From: Octopus sinensis | Taxonomy: Eukaryota | Length of the DNA: 64,000 bases | NCBI RefSeq assembly: GCF_006345805.1 | Contig: NC_043001.1 | Span: 42,966,001-43,030,000, forward strand | Reading direction: 5' to 3' | Shown here: positions 48,551-62,931 of the stretch, piece by piece | Position numbering within the stretch: position 1 is the first letter of the stretch | How the letters are laid out: every line of letters begins with the position of its first letter | Notes under the pieces: model-generated | Seen by the model: only the letters and a program-made list of their open reading frames with translations | What the model was told of the DNA's origin: nothing | The model's database searches: none | Translations under genes and position numbers: made by a program

Positions 48551-50368
48551 TAAACTTCACAGTCTACGTTCCCTTTATTAGAAACCTACAATGTGATATG
48601 CTGATTTTATTAAATCTTTTTTAGTAAACTTAAGTTCACTGAAAGACTTAATTTTTTAATGCTATTAATGACTTTTCTTGACACCAGCAATATTTTATGA
48701 CACCAATAAAATTAAAGGAATTTATTAGTGTCATAAAAATAAAGTCTTTTTAAATCAAGCTTTTTTGATTAGACTCTAAAATTATAATTATTTCAATTTT
48801 TGGCCACAAGGGCAGCTTGGGGGAGGTAAGGACGAGTTCATTACATCGATCCCATTGTTCAACAAGTACTTATTTTATTGACTCTGAAAGGGTGAAAGGC
48901 AGTCGATCTCAGCAGAATTTGAACTCAGAATGTAGTGACAGGCAAAATACTGCTAAGCATTTCATCCAGCATGTTAACAATTCTGCCAGCTCACCACCTT
49001 AGACTCTAAAATAATAATTTTAAAAAATGCAGGTTTTCAAATAACAAAATATGACTGTGTAATTTAGAAGTTCTTTTTGTATGTATCTGGTTCTGAGTTT
49101 GATCCTAATATATAGTACCTGGGGCAAGTATTTTCTATCCTTAGGTTAACCAATACTGAGTGAGTAGAATTTGGTATATCTAAACTATGCAGGTAGCTGT
49201 CATGTGTGTACATGTGTCTATGTCATGTCTGTGTTTATGCTTACACTGCTTATACGGATTGGCTCATGACAAACAACATTCAAGTGTGGTCATTGCCAGT
49301 GCCGCCAGACTGGCTCCCATGCAGGTAGCACGTAAAAAACACCTTTTGAGCATGGTCGTTGCCAGAACTGCCTGACTGGCCCTTGTGCTGGTGACATGTA
49401 AAAGCACCCACTATACTCTCGGATTGGTTAGCATTAGGAAGGGCATCCAGCTGTAGAAACTTTGCCAGATCAGATTGGAGCCTGGTGCAGCTTTATATCT
49501 CACCAGTCCTCAGTCAAACCGTCTAACCCATGCCAGCATGGAAAGCAGACAAGCGGACATTAAACAATGATGATGATGATGATGATGAAATAATATATAC
49601 AAGCTATAAAAATAATTTTAAAAATATATACAGTACAGTACTGTTTCTATTTCGCGAATTTTTGCCTAATGCGGGGTGATCTTGGAATGTAACACCTGCG
49701 ATAGTCAAGGGATTACAGTATTTATAAATACATCAAATCTTGTAGCTCCAGAAAACTGGAACTACTAATTTTCTTGCTATAAGAGTTCAATATTTTATAT
49801 GTAAACCTGCTTAGTACATGTGTGTATACATACACACACACACACACAAACGCACTCAATTCACTCTGTGAGGTGGTTGGTGTTAGGAAGGGCATCCAGC
49901 CATAAAAACCATGCCAAAACAGACACAGTAGCCTGGTGTAGTTTCTGCTTGGCTGGCTCCTGTCAAACCATCCAACCCATGCCAGCATGGAGGGCAGACG
50001 TTAAATGATGATGATGATGTATGTGTGTATGTGTGTGTGAATATACACACACATGCATGTATTCACACAAACGCTTATGTACATTTATGCACATGCTCAC
50101 ACACACACATGCAAATATGTGTATATCTGTTTATATATATGCTTGTGAAAGAGATATATGCACACACAGTAACTTTATATCTTAGCACAAAAATGTCTGT
50201 TGTTTTCATTCTGTCTTCAATTAAATGAAGTCCCAAAGGAAATCCATCAATGTCAAGAATGTGCTATAGCCAAATCCAAAACTTAACCCTGTATGATATA
50301 GTCATGATATTACTCATTTAGGGTTGCTAGGTAGGTAGGTAGGTAGGTAGGTAGAAAAATAGATAGAG

Positions 50369-50400
<32 letters not shown>

Positions 50401-50401
<1 letters not shown>

Positions 50402-51000
50402 TGTTTCTTTATTGGCCACACAGGGCTGAACACAGAGGGGACAAAATACTAAGTAGAGCTTTTCTTTTTGGGAAGGAAAAAAAAAGGGTTTGTTGAATTT
50501 CGATCAAAAGGGATTGTGAAAAAAAAAAAAATGGGGGACGCCGATCAATAGGGATTGTGTATCACAGAAATGTCAGAGTGTAAAATGGAAAACAGATTAG
50601 GTTTATCTGTGGAAAGAAAAACTTACAGAAAAGACCACGGTAACCGCGGGCAATAATGTTATACAAAAAAACACATTGCAGTAAGTGACTCTCTTTTTTC
50701 CTTTCTTTTTCTGGTTCATAGGATTATGCTCAAGGTGGTTCCATCATTCACATGTGCCATCCTTGCTACATTCACCCATCTTTTTTTGAAACATTCACTA
50801 GACAAAACTTCCCTCTCTACTCTCACCTTCCTCTTCAAGTGATACTTGAAGAAGTTGATGAGAGATTCACCAGAGAGGGAAGTGTTTGTCTCTAGACCTT
50901 TCAGACGAATCCACCATACACATTCTTTCGCCATAGCCACAAGTACGATGAAAATGGCACTTCCTTCCCATTTCAAGGAAGGAAATGTGACAATATTCAT
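50401..51000 (-). mobile_element. Tx1/L1-clade LINE 3' end inserted in a (GATA)n/(GACA)n microsatellite
   Basis: ...LVAMAKECVWWIRLK...LINFFKYHLKRKVRVER...FKKRW. 3' end AATAAAGAAACAT abuts (ATCT)n; the repeat resumes at 51001. Confidence 0.7.
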
Positions 51001-51959
51001 GATAGACTCAGACAGACAGATAAAGTGCAGGTGTGGCTGTGTGGTTAGAAGATTGCTTCTCAACCATATGCTCTTGGGTTCAGTCACGCTGCCATAGCCA
51101 AATCCAAAACTTAACCCTATATGATGTAGTCATGGTTTAATAACAATGATCATAATGTTTGCACATTTGTGTGTATGCATGTGTATGTATATAGATACAT
51201 GCATACATGAATGAATCTGGAACTTAACTATGGTCTGTCTATAGCACTTATTCAGCATTATCTGACACCTTTGGGTCTCAATGACACCATTATCTCTTAT
51301 ATGTATATAGATAGATATATATTAATGAAGTGTTTAATCTGTTTTTGCAACCATGAATGAAGATAGTAAATAATGTTGAAAACTTTATTTTCAAAATTTA
51401 CTTTCCTCTTATATTCTATCTATTTTAACATGTTTTCTTGTTATTTATTTCATTAATACTAACTCTTTTGGTTCATTTCTTTCTTTTTTAAGTTTTGTTG
51501 TCTACCTTTGTTATTTCTCAACAATTTTTCTCACATTTTTATTACTTCTTGCTTATTTCTTATCTGTCTTAGGCATCTCTCTGGCTAACAGCTTCTATTT
51601 TTATTCTACTTCCCTTGTGACTCCATTTGCGCTTCACATGCAGCAAATTACATTTTACAGCAGTGATTATAATAATAATGTATGTGTATGCTTATGAGTG
51701 AATGTCTGAGCATGCTTGCTTTTTTGGTTGATTGCTTTTGTTTGTTTGGTCCAACCAGTTACTCAGAATATAGCTCAAGCTAACCTCAAAATCCACTGTT
51801 GGATCCCACAATAAAAACAAGCTATGCATTTACCTTTTAAGTTGGTATAAATATAGATTTATTTCTTGTTCATTTCCTTTGAAACTTCTAAATTTTTTTA
51901 TATTTCTATCTTTTATGGTACCTTCTTTCAATTTTTCTCTACAGAATTAGTATTTTCAC

Positions 51960-52600
51960 ACCATCAGCCACTTAGCAGAAGTGTTGATGGTTATGAACAA
52001 TCAAGGATTCCTCTGTGTTCTGTGTGGTTACTCAACTTGCTAAAATAGCAGCCAAATCTTCCTCAAGTCATAGTCTTCTAAACTGAAATGAATAATCTCA
52101 TGCTGGATAAAATAATCCTAGATATTGTTTGTCTTCATTAAAAAGAAATATTGAATCTTTGATCGTTTGGTTTATTTGATCTAGGCTGATCCAGATCTTA
52201 TGAATAACATCAATATCAACTACTGATGGCTAAAACTTAATTGCTACATCCTCTATGGCATATGAATGTATATAAATATTTGTTATATATTTTGTAATCA
52301 TTTATTTAGGTTTTGTCTGAGATAATATTTGTTTTCAACTAAAATGGTTCTCATAGCAGAATCCATTATTAAAATTCAGAAACTTACTCAATTACTTGAA
52401 TAAACCAATACAGAGAACCTCTGCATTGTTGTTCAAATTGCTGAAATAGCAGCCAAATATCTCACATATTACCTCCTACCTTCTTAAAAGAGATAGTCAT
52501 ATTGTATAATGTGGTCCTACATGTACATTGTCTGAGAATAAGATGATATCATTAACACTGCTTGATCATGGATGACTTGAGGCTAAACAACTGTAATCAC
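51960..52600 (+). repeat. Two copies of a dispersed repeat (third at ~59440-59660)
   Basis: Shared AAATAGCAGCCAAAT...ATAATGT.GTCCTA...CTAAACAA motifs. Confidence 0.5.
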
Positions 52601-55600
52601 TACTGATTGCATCAGCAATCATCTAATTTCTGTTGCAATATCCACTGTTCAATACCAAATTATGAACTGTGCATTATTGGAGTCTTTCTGTCCCAACTTG
52701 TTTTCACATAGTGAAACCAAAACTGATGTATTCATAATCCACTTTTAGTTTTTTCATTCAGGGATTTGAAATAATTGAATCAGTTTGAACACAAGCAACA
52801 TTTATTTTGATTGTTTATCAACTTGATCATGCTTGGCTGTGTAGTTAAGAAGTTTACTTCCCAGTCACATGATTCTGGTTTCAGCCCCACTGCATGGCAC
52901 CCTGGACAAGTACCTTCTATTATAGCTTCAGGCCAACCAAAGCCTTGTGAGTGGAGTGTGTTTTTGTCTCCTTGTCTTAACACTACATGATGCCTCTAAG
53001 TAAGAGTCACTGTCATGCAAGCAATGTGATTCATTTCCAAACTTCTGTGTTAACCTGTTTATCCATGGGAAAAAGTTACCTTTCTTAGAAGCATTTAAAG
53101 TTTGGTGATAGGAATGGAACCCAGCTATAGAAAACCTGGCTTGATGAATTCTATCTGATTCATGCAATCACAGAAAAGTAGATATTAAAACAATGAAGAT
53201 GACGCTCACATTAAAACAAAATAACCCTTTTCCTTCATGTTATTTTCTCCCCGAGCATAGTATACAGATACAAAATGTTCATTAACCTACTGCTGATTTT
53301 TACAGGATTGTTTTTAAACCCACTAATAACATACATTGCTATATCCCTACTAATGTTTTTTTTTTTTTTTGGTTGTATACCATTATTGAACAAGAAACAC
53401 CACACTTAATGGAAAATAATTTTTTAAAGAAACAGTATAATTGACAGTGATATTATACAATGATGAATGAGTGATCTGTAAGTAGTGTGACTGACACGTT
53501 AAAGATTGCTTGAAACAACTCTCATCCCAGATTACATATTTTAATATTTACTTATTGCTTCTAGAAAGATTGGAAAGATTTACCTTATAAGATTTTAATA
53601 TAAAAGTTTGCCAGTAAGTCATCAGCCTGACATCTCTCAAAGTTTTATTCAGAATTATTCTGAATTATTTTAATAATTACAATAACATACAGAAATGTAT
53701 TAAAACTTGGAATATTGGTTTCTATCCTGCTTCAAACATACATGCTTTATTATATGTAATATAAATCTCTGAAATAAAATGCACACACACATTCACAGGT
53801 ACATATATATATATATATATGTGAGCCCCATGCCAGTAGCACGTAAAAAGCACCATCCATACATAGCTGATGCCAGTGCCGCCTTGACTGGTTTCCATGC
53901 CGGTGGCTTGTAAAAAGCACCATCAGATCATGGTCAATGCCAGCTCCTGTGGCTTCTTGTACCAGTGGTACGTAATAAGCACCCACTACACTCTCAGAGT
54001 GATTGGCGTTAGGAAGGGCATCCAGCTGTAGAAACACTGCCAGATCAGATTGGAACCTGGTGCAGCCTCCTGGCTTCCCAGATCCCATTCGAACCATCCA
54101 ACCCATGCCTGCATGGAAAATAAACGTTAAACGATGATGATGATATATATGTGTGTATATGGTAAGCAGAGTTAGCAGTTGGAATAAGCATCTAAGGGAT
54201 AAGAATATCCATTTTTACTACCAGTATCATTTACCTATGTTAACCCTGGGCATGGGTATACAAGGACATTATACTCATAGGATACAGGTAATAACACAAT
54301 AAACAAAAGTTTATCAGGAATCAAATTTAAATAAGCAGAAAATGGAGAAAACGTTTGACCAACAAACAAATTGACCAACATCGGTTAATTATTTTTTTGT
54401 GTTGTTTTTCTTGACTTTTTTCTCCACTTTTTTTGATTAACTGTATATATATATATATATAGATATATATAAAGATATATATGCAACAGGCTTCTTTCTG
54501 TTTCTGTCTGCCAAGTCTACTCACAAGACTTTGGTCAGCTTAAGGCTGTAGTAGAAGATATTTTCTCAAGGTGTTGTGCAGTGGGACTGAAACCAGAACC
54601 ATGTAATTGTGAAGCAAGCTTCTTATCACACAACCACACCTGTAACTTCTTTATCTTTTATGAATAAAATCATTGTAATTTTCAATGCATATAATTAACC
54701 AAACGGAAGTGTACAATAATTACTTAGATTTGATGAATATTTAAATTACAGTTGCATAAAATATTTAGATTTGTTGCCTACTAGTCAGAATCTTGTTTCA
54801 AGTGTTTAAATTTCCATATCCACACTTTGTTATGTAAACTGTTAATAAACTAAGAAAACACACATCAAAATTTTTAGGCATAAAGACTTCTAAAGATTAA
54901 CTGGAAAACAGTTTAAAATAAACATACATCTTCTCATTCTATTAATTCATGTTGGTATAGGTTGAACTTGTGTATTTGCTCATATTAGCTATTGCTTTAA
55001 ACAAAGTTATATAAAAAAAATGTAAATGGATATCACATGCTGAGTAAAAAAGTACTTCTAACGGTAAGTATTCACAGTTTAAGTCAGCCAAAGAAAATAT
55101 GAAATGAATAAAATGTGAGAAAATTGGATTTCTTTGAGATGTTTGGAAAGAAGCATCTAACTCATGACACAAAGGAAGAGAAAAAATCAAAAACAAATGT
55201 TGAAATAATGCTAGCAATGATTATCGTGATAACTGATACTGATTAATGAAGCAGATAAATTAGCATGGTGAAAGTTAATAACATTATATGTACCAAAGTA
55301 GACCATATCTTATTAAATATTCTTGCTAATACCAATAGTTTCTGAACATTTCAGTTAATATCATGTGCTATATTTTCTGCTGTAAAACTATAGTTCCAGT
55401 GCCTTTTCTCTATTTCTACAATCACTGATAGTTGATATAAAGATTATGAATGCTGTCTTTTTCTCTACCTTTCTATCTCTTTCTTATTTTTTGTTGATAT
55501 TAATTCCGTAAAAACTACTATGGGATATCATTTAAAGAAAACCAGATAAATGCAGGCAGAGAAACAAAGAAAAGAAGCGTATGTTTCTTTTTTAAAAAGA

Positions 55601-56189
55601 AATGAATGATTTAAATGATATGTGTTCATTAAGCAGTTGTCAATTTTGTAATGTAATAATTCCTGTACAATATTCCCTTTTGAGGGAATTCTCATCAACA
55701 CAGGCTGTATAGGATATAATGTTAAATAAGATGGAGTGAATAAAATGCCTTAGAGAACAAATAAGATGTAAAGTTAATATGAGAGAAGAAACAGATTATG
55801 TGACAAATGATAAAAAATAATGAGACACAAAAATCCAAGAAGCTACAAGAAATATAAAGGCAAAAATAAGGGTAGACATACCTTAAAGCAACCAAGCAGA
55901 AACCAAGAAACAAGAAAGTTTATGCAATCTATTGTGAATAATGACACAATTGCTAAAACAATGCTTTTTAAAATCTTTGGAAAGAATAATTGCAAGAGAC
56001 AGTTGATTGAAAATTTGAGAGAAGTGGATGCATCAATGCAAAAGCTAATTTAATTGATTAATCATTTCAAGGGTCATACTCTCTCATCACTTGTTCCACT
56101 TACATAAAAAAATTTTTTTTAATATATCACTTACACTTCTTGACAAAAATAAACTACACTGGTGTAACAAACAAAATTTAAAATGTGCA

Positions 56190-57153
56190 TATGAGAACTG
56201 TCCCAAAACAAAACAAACTTTTCAAAAAAACAAAGCTACTGCTTTACTCAATTTCAAAAAATCCCTTGTCTCCTTCAGAATAGTCACCCTCTACTGTTGG
56301 TACACTACTTCCAACATTTCTTCCAGTTTTTTAATGCCTCTTGGAATATGTTTCTCATAGTGAATTCTCTTCAAACTTTTCTGTCATCTAAAATCAGCAG
56401 CCTTTCAGAGTTGATTTCAGCTTTAGGAATAAATAAAAGTCTGCAGATCCCAAAATGTAGAGTAATGTGACTGGGAGAATGAAAGTTATCTTGTGCTTTC
56501 CTAAAATTTACAGATAAGGAGAACACATGAGCATGAGCAATATCAACATCATAGCCATACACATATTTCATCACCTGCTATGACACTTTCCAGAGAGTTT
56601 TCATAAGCATTTGAATGCTCAAGCATTTGTAATTTGGTTCTCTTTTGTTCACAAATTTTGCAACAACACAAAACATCTTCAATTTTTATTTTAAAATCCT
56701 ATGGCACAAGCTTTTACAGATGACTGTTTCTTTGGAAATTTTATGGACAGTCAGGTAATGATTTTCATGGATTACATGCACTTTCATGTTGTAATCATCT
56801 GATCCCATGGAAGGTCATCTAGATTTGGGATTGTCTTCAGTAGACATTCTTCTGAATATGAAATGCTGGAACCACTCATGACAGTGCACATGACTCAAAT
56901 AATCCCCACAACAAATATGTTACTTTTCAAATCTTTCATTGTTCCGTTTCTGAAAATCACTAAGTGCACTAGACATGCAGTCAATCTAGTACATGTAGAT
57001 CAATGACTAAATTGCATGGTGTAATGTGGTTATTATTAAGCTGAAAGTTAAGATCACCCATACATACTATTGTTGTTGTGAACATGTTGTCCTGACTTGT
57101 TGGCACACTGATTTAAACGTTTGGTTTGTTTTTTTTGGACAGATCTTGTAAAT
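56190..57153 (-). mobile_element. Degenerate mariner element
   Basis: TIR-like ends GAGAACTGTCCCAAAA and TTTTGGACAGATCTTGTA. Remnants VYGYD, ADFYLFLKLKSTLKG and WKKCWK..DYSEGD. Confidence 0.7.
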
Positions 57154-57179
57154 AGTAACATTTATATGGTGGTGATGGT

Positions 57180-58305
57180 TGATCATCACCATCATCATTA
57201 ACATCCATTTGCAAGCTAGTTTGGGTTTGACAGGAGCTGGCAAGGCCAGGAGCCACACCAGGTTCCATAGTCTGTTTTGGCTTGGTGTCTACAGCTGGAT
57301 GCCCTTCCTAATGCCAACCATTTTACAGAGTATACTGGATGCTTTTTACATGGCTCCATCACCAGTGCTTTTTATGTGGCACCATTACTACTGTTTTTTG
57401 GGTGTTAGGGGATGAAATGTGGGGAGGGATGGGGGAGAAGGTTGACAGGGTAAAGTCCCTTGTGAACAAACATTATAAAGATGGTCCTAAAATATCAATT
57501 CTGTTGTGGTGGGCAGGTCTACTTGGGTACAACAATGCACCATATATCTCAGCCCTTTGTCATTTTCATAAGGCTCAGTGTTTTGAAATCGGCTTTCAAT
57601 ACTTCATCCCATGTTTTCCTGAGTTTCCTTCTTCCACAACTTCCATCCACTTTAAGTGATCAGTACTTCTTTATGCAACTGTCCTCATCCATATGGATCA
57701 TATGATCAAACCAGTGCAATCTTCTCTCTTGCACGCTGCATCAAATTCCTCCTGTGGCTAACTTTTTATCCAATGCAGTAGCACTTTGTTGCACATGTAC
57801 ACTGACATTGTACATCAAGTGGAACATACCAACTTCATTCTTCTATAGTTTTCACATGTCCTCTGCATTCATGGCCTACATCTCACCACCATGCAGCATT
57901 GCAGTTCGTTCACATCATACAATTTTCCTTTCATTTGGGAAGAGGGACCTTTGGTTGCCAACAGAGGTAAAAGTTTTCTGAACTTTCTCCATCTTATTCT
58001 TCTTATTGCAATTGTACTTCTTATAGCAATTGTACCTCCTCCACTGCTAATTAGGTCACTTAAGTAGCAGAAATTATATACTACTGCCTCTGAGGCATCT
58101 TACGAAATCAGTTTCCCATATATCTGTAGTCTTTATGACTCCTGTACATCTTCCACTTACAAACACTATATCTGTTAACCTTCCTTCTATTCCACTGCAC
58201 CTCTTGTGCATCCAGAGCTTGCAATGGGTACATAAAATGGAATTTCTGCCTACACCTTTCCTACATATCAAGCAGAGCCATTTACCTGAAGTGGGCATGG
58301 TCCTA
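57180..58305 (-). mobile_element. RTE LINE 3' fragment with tail
   Basis: SGKWLCLICRKGVGRNSILCTHCKLWMHKRCSGI (PHD-like insert of RTE ORFs), then an RT C-terminal remnant and a GGAAGGGCATCCAGCTGTA tail. Confidence 0.75.
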
Positions 58306-61300
58306 AATAATGATATATGTTTATTCACTGTCTTCCAGCTCTCTCTTACTTTCCACTCTTTCTATTTTGGGCAAAATTTCAGAATAGTATGTATAAAACT
58401 ATTGTAAAATAGATATGAATAATTTCCCCAAATGTCTTGATTATTCTTTGACTATATTTCTAATGAAATTTCCTGTCTAAAGGATTTGATTAATTGTGAA
58501 CGCATACAAGATTTTGGAGGAATTTAGTAAAATAACATTTCATCATTAAACTGGAGTTTAAAATGTAACTGAAAGAAAGGTCTTTTCATAAAAGCATGAC
58601 AGAAGAGTTTAAATATGGACACTTTAAAAAAAGTTTTGTTTCATAAAACCAGAGGCAGTTTTAGAAAAGATAGTGAGAAACTTGAGACAATGCAGGTTCT
58701 AGTTAACACTGTCAATCCATTTGATTGGTAGCCCACTAATAGTAATTCTAACCATTCTTTGAATATGTTATTCAAATCTTTTGAACGTTGACTTTAATGT
58801 TTCACAATAACCAAACTATTGCAGTATACTAAATGAATTTAGTATTTAGCCCAACCTCCAAAAATTTTACTTTAAATATTTTAAGCAATATTACTTGGGT
58901 ACCTAGGAGTTGATATAGTGGCCTTGGTATAGAAGTCTTGAAACAGCTATTTTTTTGTATACATAAGAAGGAAAAACATTGAGAAATAAAGATAGATTAT
59001 TTGGAATGACTAGATATGACTGATTTATTAGAAGGAATTTCTAGAAATGTAATTTAAATAGAGTTTATGGAAGCTAAAAACCCAAAATTTAACCGTCAGG
59101 TGTTATGAGAGTAAGAAGGAGAGGTAAGAAATTTTGAGTAAAGAAGTATCAGTTAAAGATTCAGAATAGGGGCAACTAATGAAAGTTAGAATTTGAAGTA
59201 GTTGGTATTTGCAATAAGTTCATAGGCTAAGAAAGAAAGAAAGAAATTTTAAATGTTATAGGCAGGACCTATAAGAGGTAGGTTCAGTTGGTACAACTAT
59301 TTGCATTCTAGAAAGCCAACAAGGAAGTGATGTCTATTTGCCAAGCAATTATTTTATCATAGGATAAAAACATTAGCATTTATTATGGTAAGTACCTTAA
59401 AGAAAGAGATACTCCAAGTAATCTATGTTTATAGCAAAACAAGGAAGCCTTTCTATGTAGTCAATGGACTTACTAGAACTAGCAGTCAAATATCCTTGAA
59501 ATTACACCCTGCCATTTTCAAAAAGAAAAGGCACATTGGATAATGTAGTCATGGATAGACTATGCTTATAAAGAAAAAGTCTACTAGCCAAGACTAAAAT
59601 GCCTTTGATTATAGGTTTGCACTTTCAAGGTTAACTTGAATCTAAACAATAACAATCTTGTTTTCAATTCCAGTTGAAGTTATTTACGTAATAAAAAATT
59701 CACTTGGAAATAACATGGATACATAATTGTGTTTCACATATTTCCAAATTTATAGTTAATAGTTTTCTTTTTTACAAGATCATATAGAATTTATTTTGTA
59801 ATTATTAAGTTGAAAATTTAGAAAAGAAGAATTTTACCTAGTTTACTATGATTTCAAAGATTGCTGATGAGAGAGGGATATTTTGCATGTATAGTGTCAC
59901 AGCAGAGTTGATTGATAGTAAGCCATAACATCAACATTTTTCATCCACTTGAGGCACTATATTAAAAGTTAAGACAACCTGTGTGTTATAACAGTATCCC
60001 CTGTAGCAGTTTACTGCAGTCAACAGCAGAAATGTTGTATAATTAATAAGAATTGCTTTCAATTTGTTAATTCACAATGTTGAGTTTAAATTCTTCAATC
60101 AATGGAAGAGTTAATGTCAAGAAGCAATGTCTTTCTATTCCCCCTTTCTCTGACACACACAAGATTATGAAAACAACTGGAATACTGAAAGTTCACTGTC
60201 TCCACACTATCTTCAATACCACTAGACTGTTAACCAGTAAGATTTAAGAATTTTTCTTCAAATAATTTGTATAAAGAAAACCTAGGCAAATAACATTATT
60301 TTGCATGCTCGTGCATGTTTGTATATATACATATGTACATATTTTCTACAACAGGTAGCAATCATTTCAGACATAACATTGTTTATCAACTATGTGTTGA
60401 TTTTACTGTCATATATGAGAAATTGCTTTGAGAATATTATTTGTCATAGTATCTTACTCATTAACTATTCCTATGACTTGTTTAATCAGACAAGTTTTTC
60501 CACAAAAGCTTTCATTTAGCAGATAATTTGTCAAACCTATCTAGTCTCCCTCACAATAGAAAACTAACTACAATGATAATGTTTAGCAAAGCTATTTTCC
60601 TGACTTATCATTTGCTTTATTTACCTTGAAAAAAAAAACATATATTGCACAAATACTGAATAAGCATCATAACTTATGGCTAGAACATTTACTACTAAAT
60701 ATTTTCTTGACCATTTCAGGAAGTGAGATTTTATATAACAAAAGTTTGATATATCAAAAAACAAATATATTGATAATGATTGAAAACATTTTCAGACTGT
60801 TAACCATTTTCTTTTGTAAAATGCTACATTTCTTATGGTTTTGATTTCCAGTCATTACCAATGCTATACTTTCTTACATACATGTACTCATGGTGAGATT
60901 GAACACACAAACCCTTATCTTTTATTCTTCATGCTGGCTAAAGATGTTCTTATCCACTAGGCTAATCAGTATAATAACTAATCACAGAAATTTAGGCATC
61001 AAAATATTGACACTATGTGAGATCATGATGCATGATTAAATTTTTTTAGTTAGGAGTATTATATTATTTTTCTTAATTGAGAAAACTAAATAATATTTAT
61101 GTACAGAACAAACAGAAAAGCGTTACATGTTTATTTTGGCAATTTTCCTCTTTTAGATTTTGAAATGTTCATATAATTTTTCTTCATTGTTTTCTCTTAG
61201 GGTTTTGAATGTATAATATCAAGAGCTTATTGTATGCAATAATTTATATTGTCTAATTTTCTTTCATATAATTTTGTACAAATTATTTTTTTATACTTCA

Positions 61301-62769
61301 TATAATTATTAAATATAGAAAGTAATTTGTAAACAAAAAATGCAAGATACTGAAATTGCTTTTATTCATTTTTATCTACAAAATTTTATCTTAATCTTAG
61401 ATTTAATCTACCCATATGTAATAGTTAAGTTTATTGTCTGGCATATGGTACATTTATTGAACATTTGGTTAATCCTAATTGTTATTGTTTAACCCCAGGT
61501 CTACAATGATTGAATAGACCTATAATAAAAGAAATTCTGGCAATCACCATAAAATTTTTAAATTGTGTCTATCCTCGCTTTGTGAAATCTGTATATCCAA
61601 TGTTTAGAAGGATATAAAAGTTTCTATGACTGGATGCCTTTCCTAATGCCAACAACTTTACAGTGTGTGCGGGCATGAGTGCTTTTTTGTATGGCACCAG
61701 CACAATTTGTTGCTTAACAGATATCCTTATATATATGTATTTATAATTTGATTAAATATGTATCAGTTAGTAGAGACTGTTGAGCCCTTACAATAACTTC
61801 TTTCTGTCCCAGTAGGATATATATAGAGAGAGAGAGAGAGCGAGAGAGAGAGAGAGACAAAGGGAGCACATATATAGCACATGACCTAGTGGTTAGGGCG
61901 TTGCACACATAATTGCAAGATCATGCTTTCTATTCCTAGACAAGCCATATATTGAGTAAAGTACTTCATTTCAATTTGCTCCTGTCTACTCAGCTGTAAA
62001 TGGGAAATCCTACAACGAATTGGTGTTCCATTGAAGATAAAATGTTTGGCTTACTTGCCTAGTCAGGGGTGGCATCATTTGAAAGCTATAATAATGTGAG
62101 GAAACACATTGTGACCAGAGGTATATAGCATCAGCTGATAGTCTGACTGTTTGATACAATGATGTAGCACATATGTTATATATATATATTGGTTTGGTAT
62201 ATATATCATACAGTAATATTGTAATTGTCTTCCATAGGGATTTTAATTTTAGTAAGGATAATACTTGTTTAGGGGTTTCTAGTTTATGAAGGTTTTGTTG
62301 CATAAGATATATACAGGTGTGGTAAGAAGTTTGCTTCCCAACCACATCGCTCCGGGTTCAGTCCCACTGCGTGGCAACTTGGACAAGTGTCTTCTACTAT
62401 AACCTCAGGCTGACCAAAGCCTTCAGAGTATTTAATAGAAAGAAGCTGAAAGAAATTTCTCAGACACAGTAGGCATAGTGCAGGCTTCTGCTTGGCCAGC
62501 TCCTGTCAAACCATCCAACCCATGCTAGCATGGAAGGCAGACATTAAATGATGATGATGGTGTGTGCGTGCCTGTTACCTACCACTGCATGGCAACTGGT
62601 ATTAGTTTCTTTACATCTCTATAATTTAGCAGTTTGGCAAATGAAACTGAAAGAATACCAGGCTTAAAAATAAGTACTGAGTTCAACTAAACTCATGAAG
62701 GCAGTGCTCCAGCATGACCACAGTCCAAGGTCTGAAACAAGTGAAAGGCGAACAAAGGATAATATATTA

Positions 62770-62828
<59 letters not shown>

Positions 62829-62894
62829 CGGTGCTCCAGCATGGCCACAGTCAAATGACTGAAACAAGTAAAAGATAAAAGATATATATATATA

Positions 62895-62931
<37 letters not shown>

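Noticed and set aside
58400-61600. Long repeat-poor AT-rich stretch searched for further family members or exons
   Set aside because: No MKxYLS-type exon, promoter module or credible ORF seen.
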